Virus record (IMG/VR): IMGVR_UViG_3300000976_000009
Span: 141,151 to 205,150 of that record
Length of the DNA: 64,000 bases
Direction: 5' to 3' (one strand)
From: a virus
Shown here piece by piece: positions 1-9,276 of the stretch; position 1 is the stretch's first letter; each line of letters opens with the position of its first letter. The notes beneath the pieces were generated by a model that worked only from the letters and a program-made list of their open reading frames with translations, did not search any database and was not told where the DNA came from. The position numbers were made by a program, and so were the translations under genes.

Positions 1-25
1 ACATATTCTGGATTACTTAACCAAT

Positions 26-406
26 ATGGTTATGGGGAATCTAAGAAAGGTGGTAACACGTCTTATGTTGTTCTTCAAGAAACACTTAAGTCTTTATATA
101 ATAAAGCTAAAGAGGAAGATGCCGAAGCAGCAAACCAATAAGACCAAGGAGGCTATCCAAGAACTTATTAGGGATGACCGTTCGATTGTATTCTATGATG
201 GACTGGAAGAGGCAGTAGTAGGGACGGCTGAGAGGTTTAATATGTCTCCAGTCGTTGCTTATGATGTCGAAAAGATTTTAGAGATTTACATGGAAAGAGA
301 TGAAATGTCTTATGAAGAAGCTCTAGAATATTTTAATTATAATACGATTGGTGGTTGGTATGGAAAAGCAACCCCAGTATTTATTAGAAAAATTGAAACA
401 AAATGA
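26..406 (+). CDS. hypothetical phage protein (start uncertain)
   Basis: ORF overlapping the next ORF (ATGA). Confidence 0.6.
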   Translation: MVMGNLRKVVTRLMLFFKKHLSLYIIKLKRKMPKQQTNKTKEAIQELIRDDRSIVFYDGLEEAVVGTAERFNMSPVVAYDVEKILEIYMERDEMSYEEALEYFNYNTIGGWYGKATPVFIRKIETK

Positions 407-615
407 TAGCATTAACAAATAGGGCAGTTCAAGAGGATTTATATAAGATTTTAAATCTTAAAAAAGACCCATATGTTTTGACTGGAGATAACGTTGGTGA
501 ATATAAATTAGTTACAAAAACTAGTGATACTAGTACAATGTCTTACCCATATAAGACTAAAGAAGCTTGTTATAGTGACTATAATGAGATAATCAGAATT
601 AAAAATTTATTATGA
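403..615 (+). CDS. hypothetical protein
   Basis: ORF coupled to both neighbours. Confidence 0.6.
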   Translation: MIALTNRAVQEDLYKILNLKKDPYVLTGDNVGEYKLVTKTSDTSTMSYPYKTKEACYSDYNEIIRIKNLL

Positions 616-1352
616 TACAAGGAAAAAGTAATTACAATTGGTATGCAGATTTTCAAAATTTTGCTATAAATCATATAGGTGTTTCAAGTATGGAATTCCA
701 AAATTGGGAAAGGTTACAGAATACATTATATAATAATGTTGCAACTGTTAATGTTGGGGCATCATTAACGCCATATGTTCCAGAGCCAAATAAAATGGAA
801 GTAACAATGATTGATATCTTCTCTAGAATGATGATGGATAGAACACTTTGGTTAGCTGGACCAGTGAATGACCAAATGAGTACAGTTGTTCAAGCACAAC
901 TACTTTATTTGGACCAATTAGATTCATCGGCTGATATTATGGCATATATTGATTCACCAGGTGGTTCAGTTAAATCGGGTCTATCTATTGTAGATACAAT
1001 GAATTATGTGGGTGCTAATGTGTCAACAATTTGTACAGGTATGGCAGCATCTATGGGTTCAATATTATTAGGTAATGGTGAAAAAGGTAAGAGATTTATT
1101 TTACCACATTCTAAAGTAATGTTACACCAAGTATCATACGGAGCCCAAGGTAATGTTCAAGATGTTGATATATCTCATCGAGAAGCATTAAAATATAATG
1201 ATGAATTATTCAGATTACTAGGTTCTTTTTGTGATAAAGACCCAGAAGAAGTACTAAAGGATGCTACCAGAGATTTATGGATGACTGGTGCAGAAGCTGT
1301 TGAATATGGTATTTGTGATGATATTATTGTTAAAAAAAATGATATCAAATAA
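612..1352 (+). CDS. clpP: Clp protease proteolytic subunit
   Basis: DIFSRMMMDR, YIDSPGGSV, GMAASMGS (Ser), MLHQ (His), RDLWM motifs. Confidence 0.95.
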   Translation: MIQGKSNYNWYADFQNFAINHIGVSSMEFQNWERLQNTLYNNVATVNVGASLTPYVPEPNKMEVTMIDIFSRMMMDRTLWLAGPVNDQMSTVVQAQLLYLDQLDSSADIMAYIDSPGGSVKSGLSIVDTMNYVGANVSTICTGMAASMGSILLGNGEKGKRFILPHSKVMLHQVSYGAQGNVQDVDISHREALKYNDELFRLLGSFCDKDPEEVLKDATRDLWMTGAEAVEYGICDDIIVKKNDIK

Positions 1353-1362
1353 TTAAAATATT

Positions 1363-1411
1363 AAAAAAACCGAAATAATACTTGCTATTTCGGTTTTTTT
1401 ATGTATATTTG
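1363..1411 (+). promoter_or_regulatory. terminator hairpin overlapping a Bacteroidota-type promoter for tmRNA
   Basis: AAAAAACCGAAATA..TATTTCGGTTTTTT hairpin; CTTG in loop, TATATTTG at 1404-1411. Confidence 0.7.
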
Positions 1412-1453
1412 TATAGTTATAAGAAACAAACTAGAAATAGTTCTTTGATTTAT

Positions 1454-1817
1454 GGGGATGACTTTGGATTCGACAATCTATAGTCGTAAATAGTAAGCAT
1501 GTACTGCGAGGTAAATAAGCAGTTAAAATAATAGATGCAACTTTTTTAAATGGAAATATTTTTAATATTGACGAAAACTTCCTTGCTAACGCTTCTGTAG
1601 AAGTAGTTGCTGGAGAGGCAATCGCAGCCTAACCGATGCGTTACGGGTTAATAGCCCACAGGAACGAACAATCTCAAGTTGCTAAAATAGGGAAACGTTG
1701 CTTGACAGCTCTAACGTAAAAAATAGTCAAAGATTTGCTAATTTATAAAAATTAGATAAACATGTAGAAATCCGTTGAAGAATAGATTACACGAGGGTTC
1801 GACCCCCTCCATCTCCA
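1454..1817 (+). ncRNA. ssrA: tmRNA; tag GNIFNIDENFLANASVEVVAGEAIAA (1552-1632)
   Basis: GGGGATG/CATCTCC-A acceptor with G3:U70, GGATTCGAC 5' motif, T arm GAGGGTTCGACCCCCTC, tag ORF ending AIAA-TAA. Confidence 0.93.
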
Positions 1818-1937
1818 CGCAAACGCTTTTATACTAAATTCGCTAGTGTAAAAATAAGACCTCATATGGGGACAGAAAAGCTCACAATCGGTGGGCTTTT
1901 TTTGTTTCCAGAAGTATTTATACTTAAAGGACTTATT

Positions 1938-2303
1938 ATGGCAACAAAAAAAACGAAATTCAAATTATTTAGAGATATTCTTAGGGAAAATGGGAAATAC
2001 TCACAAGGTAGGGTGTATCTATTTTGGTCGATAGTGGCTTATTATATAACTCTTGGTATAATAACTATTAATGGTATTAACAAATCAGATGTAGATATGG
2101 AAAATTTTAAATTAGTGGTTGATGCATTGGAATATGCTATGACATTATTTGCTGGTTATGTATTTGGTGGTAAAGCAATTCAAATTGCTAAAATATTTAA
2201 GAATGGAACTAATAATCCAACAAATAAGGTAACTAATTATGATAATGAGGGGTATGATGAATATGATTCAGACACATATCCAGATGATTCTGATAATATA
2301 TAA
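1938..2303 (+). CDS. two-TM membrane protein, holin-like
   Basis: two hydrophobic segments, charged C-tail; TATTTAT motif upstream. Confidence 0.55.
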   Translation: MATKKTKFKLFRDILRENGKYSQGRVYLFWSIVAYYITLGIITINGINKSDVDMENFKLVVDALEYAMTLFAGYVFGGKAIQIAKIFKNGTNNPTNKVTNYDNEGYDEYDSDTYPDDSDNI

Positions 2304-2334
2304 AAAAAAGGAGACTATATAGTCTCCTTTTCAA

Positions 2335-2454
2335 TTATTTACCATTTTTATTACTATTATTAGTAGTGTTGGTATTAGTAGTGTTAGTCTTAGTACTATT
2401 ATTATTATTAGTAGTAACGACCTTTGACTTTTTCTTTTTACATCCACATCCCAT
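2335..2454 (-). CDS. 39-aa MGCGC-initial peptide
   Basis: MGCGCKKKKSKVVTTNNNN...NGK*; ATATTTAT motif upstream, bidirectional terminator downstream. Confidence 0.55.
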   Translation of the reverse strand: MGCGCKKKKSKVVTTNNNNSTKTNTTNTNTTNNSNKNGK

Positions 2455-2559
2455 GATTTGTATATTTTAAAATTTTGTTATCGTTATAAATAAATATCAA
2501 AATCTAACAAAATAAATAGTTTATTTGATTTTTAATTAAAAAAACCGTATATTTGCCGT

Positions 2560-3378
2560 ATGGATAAGTTATTATTAAAAGAAATATTATCAATCCCTAG
2601 TTATTCACGTAGGGAAGACCGTGTTAGGGATTATATTATTAAATTTGCTCAAAAAAAGAAAATACCTCACATTGTTGATGAATTTGGTAACGTATTTTTA
2701 AAAAAAGGAAATATAGATGAAGGTCAAGGGTATCCTTGTGTTGTGGCACATATGGATACAGTCCATAGGTCACAGTCAGAAATGGTAGATAGTGAACTTA
2801 ACTTAGATATTATTGAGAAGGAAACAAATGAAGGCACAATTCTGTATGCCCAAATGCCTAGACCTTCTGGTGTACCACTTAGTACTGGTATAGGTGGTGA
2901 TGATAAAGCTGGACTATTCATTTGTTTAAGTCTTATTGATAAACTAGATGTAATAATGGGTGCCTTTTTTGTTGAAGAAGAGATTGGATGTAATGGTTCT
3001 AGAAAAGCAAAACGTGGTATTGGTAATGGGTATTTAGAAGAAGCAGCATATTTTATCCAATTTGATGCCCCAACTAATAACTGGACTTCTAGGGTTTGTG
3101 GTGGTGTTGAATTATTCAACGATGAGTTTGCAATGGTTTTAAAACCAATTTGGGATAAATACGAATTGTCCACACCAAATATTAATGACCCTTTTACTGA
3201 TGTTAAAGAATTAAGATTAAATTACCCAGTATGTTGTATAAATTATTTTGCTGGTTATATGGATATGCATTCACCAGTTGAATATGTGGTTATTGAATAC
3301 ATTGAAAAAGCAATAAATGTTGGAGCAAGTACGATTATTGAATTAGGTAAAGACATATATTTATATAAAAAAGATTAA
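2560..3378 (+). CDS. M20/M28-family Zn peptidase
   Basis: AHMDTV, GGDDKAG, EEEIG, C-terminal H motifs. Confidence 0.85.
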   Translation: MDKLLLKEILSIPSYSRREDRVRDYIIKFAQKKKIPHIVDEFGNVFLKKGNIDEGQGYPCVVAHMDTVHRSQSEMVDSELNLDIIEKETNEGTILYAQMPRPSGVPLSTGIGGDDKAGLFICLSLIDKLDVIMGAFFVEEEIGCNGSRKAKRGIGNGYLEEAAYFIQFDAPTNNWTSRVCGGVELFNDEFAMVLKPIWDKYELSTPNINDPFTDVKELRLNYPVCCINYFAGYMDMHSPVEYVVIEYIEKAINVGASTIIELGKDIYLYKKD

Positions 3379-3605
3379 TGAATTTATTTAAGAGATATAG
3401 CGTATCTGTTTTAGATGGAAAATGGGAAACTATTTTTCCATTAATTAAAGTTAAATACATGCCCCGTTCTGGGGAATTAATTTATCTATCTGATAAAAAT
3501 TATTATAGGGTTATTAATGTGGTTCATAATATCAATAAAAAACATGGTATCTTTTTAATTGTTGAATTATTAGGTAAAAATCCAGAAGAGTTAAGTAAAC
3601 AATAG
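3378..3605 (+). CDS. hypothetical protein
   Basis: coupled ORF. Confidence 0.6.
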   Translation: MNLFKRYSVSVLDGKWETIFPLIKVKYMPRSGELIYLSDKNYYRVINVVHNINKKHGIFLIVELLGKNPEELSKQ

Positions 3606-3635
3606 ATTTTTATAGATTTTCGGATATTTATTATC

Positions 3636-3932
3636 ATGAAAACAATTTTAAGTAAAATCGGTTTATTTTTCAAATGGTTAGTTATTACTAATTTTGGGAG
3701 ATTACTATTATCATTCATTTGGATATTTTTATGGATGGGAATTAACAGTCTTTTATTGGACAATTCAAATTATAGTGGTTGGGCAGTATGGGTTGCATTT
3801 GTAGGTGTAGCTTATTTAGTCGGATTTACATTAGTCGCAATAGTTTATGCGTGGATTTTAAACCCAATTAGGGACCGTAAAGCCATGAAAAAAGCTAAAG
3901 CTGAATATGAAGCTAAGGAGAAAAATAAGTGA
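3636..3932 (+). CDS. hypothetical membrane protein
   Basis: two TM segments. Confidence 0.65.
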   Translation: MKTILSKIGLFFKWLVITNFGRLLLSFIWIFLWMGINSLLLDNSNYSGWAVWVAFVGVAYLVGFTLVAIVYAWILNPIRDRKAMKKAKAEYEAKEKNK

Positions 3933-4387
3933 TGATTTATAGTATTCTAATTCTATGGTCTATTTATGCAATCCTTGAAGGAAAGAGAGAAGCAATATTC
4001 TGGCACCATAGAATAAAATCAACAGATTATAATTCATTCAAAACAATAGACAGACATCCACTGTTTATGGTACAAAGAGGTTTGGTATTAGTAGTTAGTG
4101 CAATCACATCATATTATATAAGTGGAAATATATGGTTAACATTATACATTTTCATTATGAATTGTTTAGTTTTTAGTTTTTTCCACAACGGTATGATGTA
4201 TAGAGAAAGGAATGAAATGTCTAGAATAGCGTCCCCAATCGATTCTACTAAATGGGTTTATGCAAAAAGATGGTGGGACCAAAGTAGTACATCAACAGCA
4301 AAATTAACAAAATTCATGACCCCTAATAGTAGAACAATACAAATGGTAATTGGGGTTATAGGGTATATTATATATCCATTTTTATAA
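3929..4387 (+). CDS. hypothetical membrane protein
   Basis: several hydrophobic segments. Confidence 0.65.
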   Translation: MMIYSILILWSIYAILEGKREAIFWHHRIKSTDYNSFKTIDRHPLFMVQRGLVLVVSAITSYYISGNIWLTLYIFIMNCLVFSFFHNGMMYRERNEMSRIASPIDSTKWVYAKRWWDQSSTSTAKLTKFMTPNSRTIQMVIGVIGYIIYPFL

Positions 4388-4411
4388 TAAAATAGTTTCT
4401 AAATAAGAAAA

Positions 4412-4621
4412 ATGAAGAAGACAATTAAAATCAAAAACTTAATTGAGCGTTATAAGGCGTTCATTCGTTATAAAGAAATGGCTAAAAAAGAGTTACCAGA
4501 ATCGATAGAATATTATAGATTTATTGAAATGGATGCATTAAGGGAAATAGCCAAATTAAAGGCTGAAAGTCCAACTAGTTTTAAGTTTGCTTGTGCCATT
4601 AATAGATTAATTTTGAATTAA
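4412..4621 (+). CDS. hypothetical protein
   Basis: ORF with A-rich leader. Confidence 0.55.
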   Translation: MKKTIKIKNLIERYKAFIRYKEMAKKELPESIEYYRFIEMDALREIAKLKAESPTSFKFACAINRLILN

Positions 4622-4654
4622 TTTGATTTTTTTATGAAATTTTTTATAAAAAAG

Positions 4655-4685
4655 CTTGCTATTTAGAAAAAGTTTAGTATCTTTG
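4655..4685 (+). promoter_or_regulatory. Bacteroidota-type promoter driving ncRNA array
   Basis: CTTGCT..TATCTTTG, near-identical to promoters at 13127 and 42657. Confidence 0.75.
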
Positions 4686-4752
4686 TATTGTTGTTAATGA
4701 TAACACAAAAAGAAAAAGTTCTTTATTTTATTGAAATTAAAAAATTGTCATA

Positions 4753-4899
4753 AGAATGATTGCAGCAAATTGTACAAATTCAAACAATCTACAGTTAAGA
4801 AGAAAGAGGGGTTTTAGTATAGGCTTCCCCACGGTAAATCCAAATTGAATAGCTGCCATGTTGCTAGGCTCATGTAAAAATAGCTTAAACTATCATTCT
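4753..4899 (+). ncRNA. stem-CAGCAA element 1
   Basis: AGAATGAT-TGCAGCAAA...ATCATTCT-G. Confidence 0.6.
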
Positions 4900-4916
4900 G
4901 GACAAACTTATTATAT

Positions 4917-5014
4917 GGGGAGGTAGTGTAAGAGAGAAAAGAATTTACTTCGGTAAGTTTTCGAGCACGGTAATCCACCAATTACAAGTACAGGTTCAAG
5001 TCCTGTCTTCCCCA
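4917..5014 (+). ncRNA. tRNA-like RNA with hairpin in D loop and CCACCA anticodon loop
   Basis: GGGGAGG/CTTCCCC-A acceptor, T arm ACAGG TTCAAGT CCTGT. Confidence 0.65.
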
Positions 5015-5019
5015 CAAAT

Positions 5020-5071
5020 GGAGATGCATGCATTGAAAGGCATGATTTAAGAGCAATACCTAACATCTCCA
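5020..5071 (+). ncRNA. 52-nt mini-RNA copy 1
   Basis: GGAGATG/CATCTCC-A closing two hairpins with ATTG and CAAT loops. Confidence 0.6.
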
Positions 5072-5182
5072 CAATTGGGTTTATTAGTATTACCTACAAA
5101 CGAAAGTGACTTTAGTTGACACATCGATTTGAATGGTTGAGACTACGCTAGTTCATGACTAGATAAGCCCACAGCGTTTAAC

Positions 5183-5244
5183 GGTTAGTTACAGCAAATT
5201 ATTTAAAACATTAGATTCAAACTCTAAAGCGTTAAAGACTAACC
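5183..5244 (+). ncRNA. stem-CAGCAA element 2 with isolated CAA anticodon stem-loop
   Basis: GGTTAGT-TACAGCAAA..TTAGA TTCAAAC TCTAA..ACTAACC. Confidence 0.65.
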
Positions 5245-5418
5245 AGATAGATATTCCGCTAGAATATTTGAATTTTAGCGAATACAACTCTTTGATTCCC
5301 TTGACACTTACTTGGGAACTTAAGGTGGAAGACCTTTTCGAAGAGCACATGGTAATGAGTATATTAAATCTTAGGGTTTTATGATACTAAGAAGTTCAAT
5401 CTTCACATTCCCACACAT

Positions 5419-5491
5419 TGCGGGGTAGAGCAGTTGGTAGCTCGCAAGGCTCATAACCTTGAGGTCGCTGGTTCGAGTCCAGCCCCCGCTA
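5419..5491 (+). tRNA. tRNA-fMet (CAT)
   Basis: cloverleaf, 1:72 mismatch, loop CTCATAA. Confidence 0.9.
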
Positions 5492-5496
5492 CACAT

Positions 5497-5547
5497 GGAG
5501 ATGCACTTATTGTGAAAAGTGATTAGGAGTCAATACCTACATCTCCA
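5497..5547 (+). ncRNA. 51-nt mini-RNA copy 2
   Basis: same layout as 5020-5071 with compensatory stem changes. Confidence 0.6.
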
Positions 5548-5552
5548 CATAC

Positions 5553-5608
5553 GGTTCGGATAACTATCCCCAAGACAGTTATTAGGAAGTTAAATTTTCC
5601 CCGAACCA
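5553..5608 (+). ncRNA. D-armless tRNA-like RNA
   Basis: GGTTCGG/CCGAACC-A, ATAACT/AGTTAT arm, T-like arm. Confidence 0.45.
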
Positions 5609-5613
5609 CTAAA

Positions 5614-5671
5614 AGAGTCCGTTCAGCAAAAATTTATAATTTTTTTTAGGATAAAAACAAAAGGTGACTCT
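5614..5671 (+). ncRNA. stem-CAGCAA element 3 (minimal)
   Basis: AGAGTC..TTCAGCAAA...GACTCT-G. Confidence 0.5.
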
Positions 5672-5684
5672 GTATTATTAAACT

Positions 5685-5710
5685 AAAGCTAACTTAAGTT
5701 AGCTTTTTTT
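5685..5710 (+). terminator. intrinsic terminator
   Basis: AAAGCTAAC/GTTAGCTTT plus U-tract. Confidence 0.75.
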
Positions 5711-5833
5711 ATGTGTAAGTAATACTTGGGTGGGTGTACAACCACTATTAACAAGAGGATTAGACCGTATACAGGTTGGAGGTTCGAACCCTTCCTTATG
5801 CTCGATAATAACAACTTCCTAAAACCAAAAACG

Positions 5834-6503
5834 ATGGAAACTATTTATTTAGAAATCAAAGATGCCCAAGGTGGTAAAGAATCGAAGTTATTGGTGGGAG
5901 ATATGAGAGATATCTACATCAAAACAGCGAAGAATAATAACTTCAAATGAACTGCAATTACAGATAGAGACGGATTTGTCTGTCTATGTCTTTAGCGGTG
6001 TTGGTGTAAAGAAAGTATTCAAGAACGAAGTAGGAACCCATACGTGGCAACGAGTATCTCCAACTGAAAAAAGAGGGAGAACCCATACTTCATCAATCAC
6101 GGTAGCAGTATTAGATAAACCAAAATACAATGAAGTCGAAATCAGACCCGATGAAGTTCGTATAGAAAGGACTATTGGTACTGGGAAAGGTGGTCAAAAC
6201 AAAAACAGGAGAAGTACTTGTATTGTTATGACACACTATGCAACAGGAATAAAGGTTGTACGTGATGGTAGAAAACAACACAAGAATTTAGAGGATGCTT
6301 ACAAGGAAATGAAGAAGCGAGTAAATGATTACCATAAGAATGGTCACATTGAAAATGAATCATCCCAACGTAAGCAACAAGTTAGTGTTACTGATAAGAG
6401 AAGAACCTATAAAGTTAAGACTGGTTTAGTTGAAGACCATATAACAGGTAAGTCAACTAAGATTAAGAATATCCTTAGAGGTAAAATCGAATTACTACAA
6501 TAA
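5834..6503 (+). CDS. class I release factor-like protein lacking domain 1; needs recoding (TGA 5948-5950; CTT TAG C at 5990-5996)
   Basis: LEIKDAQGGKES, E.GTH..QRVSPTE.RGRTHTSS, GKGGQNKN, RRTY motifs split over two frames. Confidence 0.85.
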
Positions 6504-6591
6504 TAAAAAACCCCATAATGGGGTTTTTTAATTTTCACCTTGTGGGTAATCAAAAAAAAACATATCTTTGTGTTAATTAAAAACAAAAATT

Positions 6592-7089
6592 ATGAATAAG
6601 AAAATATTAATACTAGGGCACGCTAGACATGGTAAAGATACGTTTGCTGAAATACTAAGAGACCATTTTGACCTTAAATTTAAATCATCATCAGTTGCTG
6701 CATCTGAGATTTTCCTTTATGACACACTTAAAGATAAATATGGGTATCAAACACCCGAAGAATGTTTTGAAGATAGGGTGAACCATAGACAAGAATGGCA
6801 TGAGCTTATCGTTGATTATAATAAAGATGATAGAGCAAGATTAGCTAAAGCTATATTAAAAGATGCTGACTGTTATGTTGGTATGAGAAGTGGTTTGGAA
6901 ATCGAAGAATGTAAAAGACAAGGTTTATTTGATATAATTGTATGGGTTGATGCCTCAGAAAGACTTGACCCAGAACCAAAAGAGTCATTTAATATAGATA
7001 TTTCTTACGCAGACTTTATTGTCCCAAACCACGGTACATATAAGGAATTTGAGGAAAGGGTGTTACGTATAGGGGAGATTTTTAAATAA
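6592..7089 (+). CDS. P-loop deoxynucleoside monophosphate kinase-like protein
   Basis: N-terminal GHARHGKDT Walker A. Confidence 0.65.
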   Translation: MNKKILILGHARHGKDTFAEILRDHFDLKFKSSSVAASEIFLYDTLKDKYGYQTPEECFEDRVNHRQEWHELIVDYNKDDRARLAKAILKDADCYVGMRSGLEIEECKRQGLFDIIVWVDASERLDPEPKESFNIDISYADFIVPNHGTYKEFEERVLRIGEIFK

Positions 7090-7205
7090 AAATTAAGGAA
7101 AAACTTGTGAGAGTAAAATAAAGCCCTTATCTTTGTAATCCAACAATGACCAATAGTGGTCGAATTTTAATAAATTATATTTTTAACTAAAAACAAGAAA
7201 AACAA

Positions 7206-8624
7206 ATGTTTACATTAATCGGAATTTTAATCATTGTCTTTGCTGTCGGTATGCTTATCGCAGTAAACGTATTGCCTTTACGAAAACAGGCTCAACAAGT
7301 AGATAATGGGTATAATGGTACTAAGACCATTCCAGCACACCCAGAATTTCTAACATCATGGTCACTTAAGAGAACATTACTTACATCTTTAGTAGGTATT
7401 ATGGTTATCGCAATTAACGGAATGTTTTTTTATAATCCAGCTGGTACTGCAACGTCAGTCCAATACCTTTGGGGTGGGGATGATGCGGTTACAACTCAAG
7501 GACTTAAGATGAAATTGTGGGGTAAGACAATCCCAATCTCATTTGAAATTGCAATGCAAGATGTCATCTTAGGTAGTGGTGAATCATTACCAGAAGAAGA
7601 GGGTATTTATTACAGACAAGGGCAACGTAGAGAATTTGCAGATGCGATTAAAGCAGATATCGCTGCATCATTGGTTATATCAGTTGATTATGAGAATGAG
7701 GAATTATTCTTAGATATGGCGGATAAAAACAGGTCAGAGCAAAAATTAGTTTATGCCCGTATATACCCAGTATATGACCAAGCATTAAAGAATACGTGTA
7801 AATTGATGGATGCACAAGATTATATTTCTGGTGCTGCACCACAATTTGATTATTATCTTAAAGACCAGATGGAGAATGGGATGTACTTAACAGAAGAGGT
7901 ATATGAAGTAGAAGAAGAAATCAACATTACTCCAAATGATACTAGTTCTACACCTAGAACAGTTGTTAAACAAAATATTAAATCTGATAAAAAGCAAAAG
8001 AAATACAGAATACGTAGAGATAAGAATGGTGACCCAATTAGGGATGCTTCTAACTCACTTAAAAGATATGGTTTGACAGTACAACAAGCCGCAGTAACAA
8101 ATATTGATTGGGAATCATCATTCGATGAGAGACTTAACTTACAGAAAGAACAAGTAGCGCAAACTCAATTAGAGAAAGCTTCTGCCGAAAAAGAATATTA
8201 TGCAACACAAAATGCTATTGCAAAAGGTGAACGTGAGAAAGCTGAGGTACAAGTTGAATGGGAAAAGCAACAATTAGAGAAAACGATTGCCGCTGAAACT
8301 AAATCTAAAGTAGCTAAATACAAGGAACAAGAGGAAATTAATTTACTTGCTGCTGAGAAGAAAAGAGCACAAAGAATTAGAGTTGCTGCTGATGCAGATG
8401 CATATGAAATTTCTAGGAAAGTATCTGCGGGTATTACACCAGAGAAGAGACTTCAAATGGAATTGGATGCAAAAGTCGAGGTGATGAAAGCACTAGCTGG
8501 ACCAGATGGTATGAAGATGCCAACCACAGTAATGTCTGGCTCAACTAACGGAAGTGGTCAAACAGGGATGTTAGAATCTATCTTAGGTGCTAAAATCTTA
8601 ACAGGTGAAATTGGTAACAAGTAA
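7206..8624 (+). CDS. SPFH/band-7 membrane protein
   Basis: N-terminal TMs, AE-rich coiled coil, C-terminal MPTTVM. Confidence 0.75.
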   Translation: MFTLIGILIIVFAVGMLIAVNVLPLRKQAQQVDNGYNGTKTIPAHPEFLTSWSLKRTLLTSLVGIMVIAINGMFFYNPAGTATSVQYLWGGDDAVTTQGLKMKLWGKTIPISFEIAMQDVILGSGESLPEEEGIYYRQGQRREFADAIKADIAASLVISVDYENEELFLDMADKNRSEQKLVYARIYPVYDQALKNTCKLMDAQDYISGAAPQFDYYLKDQMENGMYLTEEVYEVEEEINITPNDTSSTPRTVVKQNIKSDKKQKKYRIRRDKNGDPIRDASNSLKRYGLTVQQAAVTNIDWESSFDERLNLQKEQVAQTQLEKASAEKEYYATQNAIAKGEREKAEVQVEWEKQQLEKTIAAETKSKVAKYKEQEEINLLAAEKKRAQRIRVAADADAYEISRKVSAGITPEKRLQMELDAKVEVMKALAGPDGMKMPTTVMSGSTNGSGQTGMLESILGAKILTGEIGNK

Positions 8625-8697
8625 AACTAATATTTATAAATAAAAAAACCCACAGCAATTGCTGTGGGTTTTTTTATGTTTGAATATATTTATAGAT

Positions 8698-9276
8698 ATG
8701 ATGAAGATTGGTAAAATATATGAATCATTAATTAATGAAATTCAAAGTGGTGGATATAGAGCGTATCATGGAACACCTAAAGAGATAAATAAATTTGTCG
8801 ATGATTTTGTTGGTGGAGAAGATGCCCACGACCAAGAGGGACCAGGTATTTATTTCACTACTGATTTTGAGGATGCCAGTGGTTATGGGTCATACATTTA
8901 TTCAGTTAGAATAAATGGGGATAAATTTTTAGATGATGAAAATCCAGCATCTAATGTTGATGTTGAAGAATTGGTATCTCTAATTAAAATGAGTGAAGAT
9001 TGGGAAATGAATGCTCAAGATTGGGCTGAGGACCCAGAACATGGTGCTTATGAAGCAGCACATAGTGCTATCCAATATAATGATACTGAAAGAGATGTCT
9101 TCCAACAAATATGGGTCGATTTCTATAGATATAAAGCAGTTGACTATGTTAGAAATATGGTAAAATTAGGTTATGATGGGATGGTTGTTACTGGTTATAG
9201 GGACCGTGAAAACATCAAACATATTATAGTTTACAATCCATCAATAATTGAAGTTATAGATTTAGATAGAATATGA
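8698..9276 (+). CDS. ADP-ribosyltransferase-like protein (H-type)
   Basis: AYHGT, GPGIYFT, GYDG motifs; paralog of 48711-49295. Confidence 0.6.
   Translation: MMKIGKIYESLINEIQSGGYRAYHGTPKEINKFVDDFVGGEDAHDQEGPGIYFTTDFEDASGYGSYIYSVRINGDKFLDDENPASNVDVEELVSLIKMSEDWEMNAQDWAEDPEHGAYEAAHSAIQYNDTERDVFQQIWVDFYRYKAVDYVRNMVKLGYDGMVVTGYRDRENIKHIIVYNPSIIEVIDLDRI

Noticed and set aside
2345-2415. TAG/TAT short repeats as a CRISPR or satellite
   Set aside because: Explained by Asn/Thr codons of the minus-strand microprotein; no repeat-spacer array seen in the window
5211-5227. Opal suppressor (TCA) reading of TTCAAAC loops here and at 44478
   Set aside because: Best stem gives loop TT-CAA-AC (Leu); no TCA-anticodon tRNA found
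5726-5833. N-terminal extension of the RF ORF from TTG 5726
   Set aside because: Overlaps a tRNA-like RNA; ATG 5834 with A-rich leader is the better start
8643-8675. CAGCAA at 8653 as another family member
   Set aside because: Part of a palindromic terminator CCCACAGCAATTGCTGTGGG
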